Origin: Gammaproteobacteria bacterium
GTDB taxonomy: Bacteria; Pseudomonadota; Gammaproteobacteria; JABHGC01
Length of the DNA stretch: 64,000 bases
Assembly (NCBI GenBank): GCA_027077805.1
Contig: JALWTS010000029.1
Location: forward strand, 3,792-67,791
Reading direction: 5' to 3'
A program made the translations under genes and the position numbers. This document shows positions 61,006-64,000 of the stretch, in pieces; the first letter of the stretch is position 1; each line of letters starts with the position of its first letter. The notes beneath the pieces are model-generated. The model had not been told where the DNA came from. It did no database searches and worked only from the letters and a program-made list of their open reading frames with translations.

Positions 61006-62622
61006 ATGGCTTCATCGACTTACCCAAATTATGATATTCTTATTATCGGCTCGGGTGCCGCAGGTTTAATGACGGCACTGCATTTGGCGGATTATGCCAA
61101 CATTGCCATCTTAACTAAAAGTCGTTTAAAAGAAGGGAGTACGGCTTATGCTCAAGGTGGCATTTCTGCGGTATTAGATAAAGAAGATTCCTTGCAATCC
61201 CATATTAAAGATACTTTGGATGCGGGCGCAGGGCTTTGTCATAAAAAAATTGTCAAAAAAGTTGTGGCGGAAGGCAAATCTTGTATTGATCAATTAATTC
61301 AACAAGGGGTGAAATTTAGCCAAACCCAAGACGGCAAACATTATCATTTGACCAGAGAAGGTGGTCATAGCCATAGACGTGTCATTCATGCGGCAGATGC
61401 GACAGGGAATGCGGTTGAAACGACTTTAGCCGAACAAGTAAAACAACATCCTAATATTACCATTTATTCCCACCATCTTGCCATTGATTTAATTACAAAA
61501 AAAACGAAACAAACTCAAAAAACGAAACAAAGTAAACAATGTTTAGGTGCCTATGTCTTTAATAACCCGCAACAAAAAGTTTTTGTGATTCCCGCAAAAT
61601 TTACCATTCTTGCCACCGGTGGTGCCAGTAAAGTTTATCTTTATACCAGCAACCCGGATGTTTCAACGGGTGATGGCATTGCTATGGCTTGGCGTGCCGG
61701 TTGTCGAGTGGCGAATATGGAATTTATTCAATTTCATCCCACTTGTTTATATCATCCTGAGGCACGTTCTTTTTTAATTTCTGAAGCCGTGCGTGGTGAA
61801 GGCGGTAAATTAATATTACCCAATGGGCAACGTTTTATGCCAAGATTTGATCCAAGAGCCGAATTAGCCCCAAGAGATATTGTTGCTAGAGCGATTGATC
61901 ATGAAATGAAACGCTTAGGAATTGAAAGTGTTTATTTAGATATTAGCCATGAATCCGATAGATTGATTCGCACCCATTTTCCGACCATTTATTCACGTTG
62001 TTTGGATTTTGGCATGGATATAACAAAAGAACCTATTCCCGTCGTTCCTGCTGCCCATTATACCTGTGGTGGTGTGATGACAGATAAACATGCCAAAACT
62101 GACATTAAAAATCTGTATGCCATAGGCGAAACCGCATTTACGGGTCTTCATGGTGCCAACCGCATGGCAAGTAATTCATTATTAGAATGTCTGGCATTTG
62201 CCAAATTTGCCAGTGACAATATCAAAAAAAACCTAGATAAAGTCACATCCCCTTCCAAATTACCCATTTGGGATGAAAGTCAGGTAACGGATTCCGATGA
62301 AGAAGTCGTGGTTGCTCATAATTGGGAAGAATTACGCCGTTTTATGTGGGATTATGTTGGGATTGTTCGTACGAATAAGCGTTTAGCGAGAGCAAAACGT
62401 CGTTGTGATGTATTACAACAAGAAATTTATGAATATTATGGTCATTTTCGAGTCAGCCACGATTTACTCGAGCTTAGAAACCTAGTCACGGTTGCCGATT
62501 TGATTATTCAAAGTGCTTTACGGCGACATCATAGTGTCGGATTGCACTATACTTTAGATGATAAAGGCAAAAAAGACCCCTTATATCACCAAAATACGAT
62601 ATTATTACCTAATAGTCTGTGA
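61006..62622 (+). CDS. nadB: L-aspartate oxidase
   Basis: [41 protein letters not shown]. Confidence 0.96.
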   Translation: MASSTYPNYDILIIGSGAAGLMTALHLADYANIAILTKSRLKEGSTAYAQGGISAVLDKEDSLQSHIKDTLDAGAGLCHKKIVKKVVAEGKSCIDQLIQQGVKFSQTQDGKHYHLTREGGHSHRRVIHAADATGNAVETTLAEQVKQHPNITIYSHHLAIDLITKKTKQTQKTKQSKQCLGAYVFNNPQQKVFVIPAKFTILATGGASKVYLYTSNPDVSTGDGIAMAWRAGCRVANMEFIQFHPTCLYHPEARSFLISEAVRGEGGKLILPNGQRFMPRFDPRAELAPRDIVARAIDHEMKRLGIESVYLDISHESDRLIRTHFPTIYSRCLDFGMDITKEPIPVVPAAHYTCGGVMTDKHAKTDIKNLYAIGETAFTGLHGANRMASNSLLECLAFAKFASDNIKKNLDKVTSPSKLPIWDESQVTDSDEEVVVAHNWEELRRFMWDYVGIVRTNKRLARAKRRCDVLQQEIYEYYGHFRVSHDLLELRNLVTVADLIIQSALRRHHSVGLHYTLDDKGKKDPLYHQNTILLPNSL

Positions 62623-62645
62623 ACTAAAAACAATGAGGAATAGCA

Positions 62646-62858
62646 ATGAAACAAAATATTGGCACGACTGATAAAATGATTCGGATTTTAATTGGCATGA
62701 TTATTATGGGAGCAGGATTTTATTATCAATCACTATGGGGGCTGATAGGACTGATTGTGGTCACCATTGCCTTAATTGGTTGGTGTCCCCCTTATGATTT
62801 ATTTGGATTGAATACTTGTGGACATCATTGTGATACTGAGAATCACGCACCGAAATAA
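62646..62858 (+). CDS. DUF2892 (YgaP-like) membrane protein
   Basis: NIGTTDKMIR...GWCPPYDLFGLNTC. Confidence 0.88.
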   Translation: MKQNIGTTDKMIRILIGMIIMGAGFYYQSLWGLIGLIVVTIALIGWCPPYDLFGLNTCGHHCDTENHAPK

Positions 62859-62885
62859 GTTTAAACAATAAGTTATAATTCTTAA

Positions 62886-63461
62886 TTAATCGAATAGTTT
62901 GTGTTCTAAGTAGCGAATACTACTAAAAAAACACTCCGCCATAAATTTGTGTTTAAAATCCCGAAATGGCTGAGTCACATAAAATGTTTGAATATTCGAT
63001 TGCACTGCGGCCAACATACCCGTCAGCAATCTATCATCAAATAGTAGCATTTGTTCGGCTGGAATTTGACTGATATGTAAGGCTTGATAAATACCATCGG
63101 GTGAAGGCTTGGCTTGTTTTGGATGCAATATCACAATGCTTGGGTATTTTTGTTGAAAATAATGGAAACGTTGAGGAAACAGACAATTCGTCAATAAAAA
63201 TACCCTCTTTGACCCAAAACATTGCACACATTGTTGCAACCATGTTTCAACGTCTGGCAAAGGAGCAATACCACCATGATAAGACAATACCCCATCGAAA
63301 TCCAATAATACGGCTTTAATCCCTTGTTGTTTTAATTGCGGTGGTGTCATGTCTAAAATAGTTGCAATCGCTCGATTTTGACAAATATCGTGTAATTGTT
63401 GACGATAATGCCAACCTTGAGAAATTGCTGTGATAATTTTACCCATAACTGACAAATTCAT
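62886..63461 (-). CDS. YqeG-like HAD IIIA phosphatase
   Basis: GIKAVLLDFDGVL, LLTN, AKPSP, FDDRLLTG; start taken at ATG 63461. Confidence 0.8.
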   Translation of the reverse strand: MNLSVMGKIITAISQGWHYRQQLHDICQNRAIATILDMTPPQLKQQGIKAVLLDFDGVLSYHGGIAPLPDVETWLQQCVQCFGSKRVFLLTNCLFPQRFHYFQQKYPSIVILHPKQAKPSPDGIYQALHISQIPAEQMLLFDDRLLTGMLAAVQSNIQTFYVTQPFRDFKHKFMAECFFSSIRYLEHKLFD

Positions 63462-63627
63462 AAGGAACCCATTATTAATAGAACCAACATGGCTTGACAT
63501 CCGCACAAAAGCACAGGTGTCATTAAAGGTGTACGATTGTAGATGATCCGAGCTTTCAATGCTATGTCTAAGCCATTTTGCCGTCAACTTTTACCTTTCG
63601 ATTTTAGATACCACTTTCTTTCGTTTG

Positions 63628-63860
63628 GGCATATGCCTATGTATATCACGGATGAAGTGGCAGATTTGCGTGAGAAAATCCTGAAACAAGCCATTTTAGA
63701 TCAAGGCTTGAGTGAATCGATTGCTTTACGTTGGTTAAGGGTAGATTAAGCCTTTAGAAATAGTATTGTCAAAAAATCAGTGGAGGAATGTGTATTAAAA
63801 TGCCCTGGACCATTTCCAATGACAGCGAAAAAACCCGCCGCTTATAAACCACCTGTTTGA
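63628..63860 (+). pseudogene. Possible C-terminal remnant of a truncated-globin-like gene with internal TAA
   Basis: HMPMYITDEVADLREKILKQAILDQGLSESIALRWLRVD*AFRNSIVKKSVEEC; coding-like text continues past the stop at 63747-63749. Confidence 0.45.
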
Positions 63861-64000
63861 TTTTTTAAGCGATGCTTTAATTGCTGAAACACACGACACC
63901 AATCGCCCTTCTGAGTTTGACGAATAATACACAGAGAAGGATACCAAGGACTATCCTCTCGATGCGCTAGCCAACGCCATTCCGGGACATAAGGTAATAA
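63842..64000 (-). CDS. C-terminus of a TPR/glycosyltransferase-9-like protein (5' end outside window)
   Basis: LLPYVPEWRWLAHREDSPWYPSLCIIRQTQKGDW. Confidence 0.8.
   Translation of the reverse strand, partial: LLPYVPEWRWLAHREDSPWYPSLCIIRQTQKGDWCRVFQQLKHRLKNQTGGL

Overview
Low-GC gammaproteobacterial chromosome segment, mostly housekeeping genes: suf tail, folD-tRNA cluster, rpsP-rimM-trmD-rplS, minCDE, clpB, recQ, deaD, lepA-lepB-rnc-era-pdxJ and nadB. An accessory stretch at about 22-53 kb carries pspA with two very large membrane proteins, a MerR-controlled metal module, an ADP-ribosylglycohydrolase and czcCBA. Main observations: (1) a 215-nt ORF-less group I intron splits the anticodon of tRNA-Arg(UCU) after U34; (2) a stand-alone NRPS adenylation C-subdomain is interrupted by two PilZ domains and lacks the catalytic Lys, at the end of a minCDE-fdxA run; (3) a non-canonical pspA locus has a palindromic operator and about 2000 aa of polytopic membrane protein; (4) a degenerate PIN domain is fused to a DegT aminotransferase; (5) there are signs of erosion, including an in-frame TGA in yajQ, rpoE-rse, recO and sufS absent from their usual positions, and several small gene remnants. 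All family assignments come from motif recognition by eye; no database searches were run.
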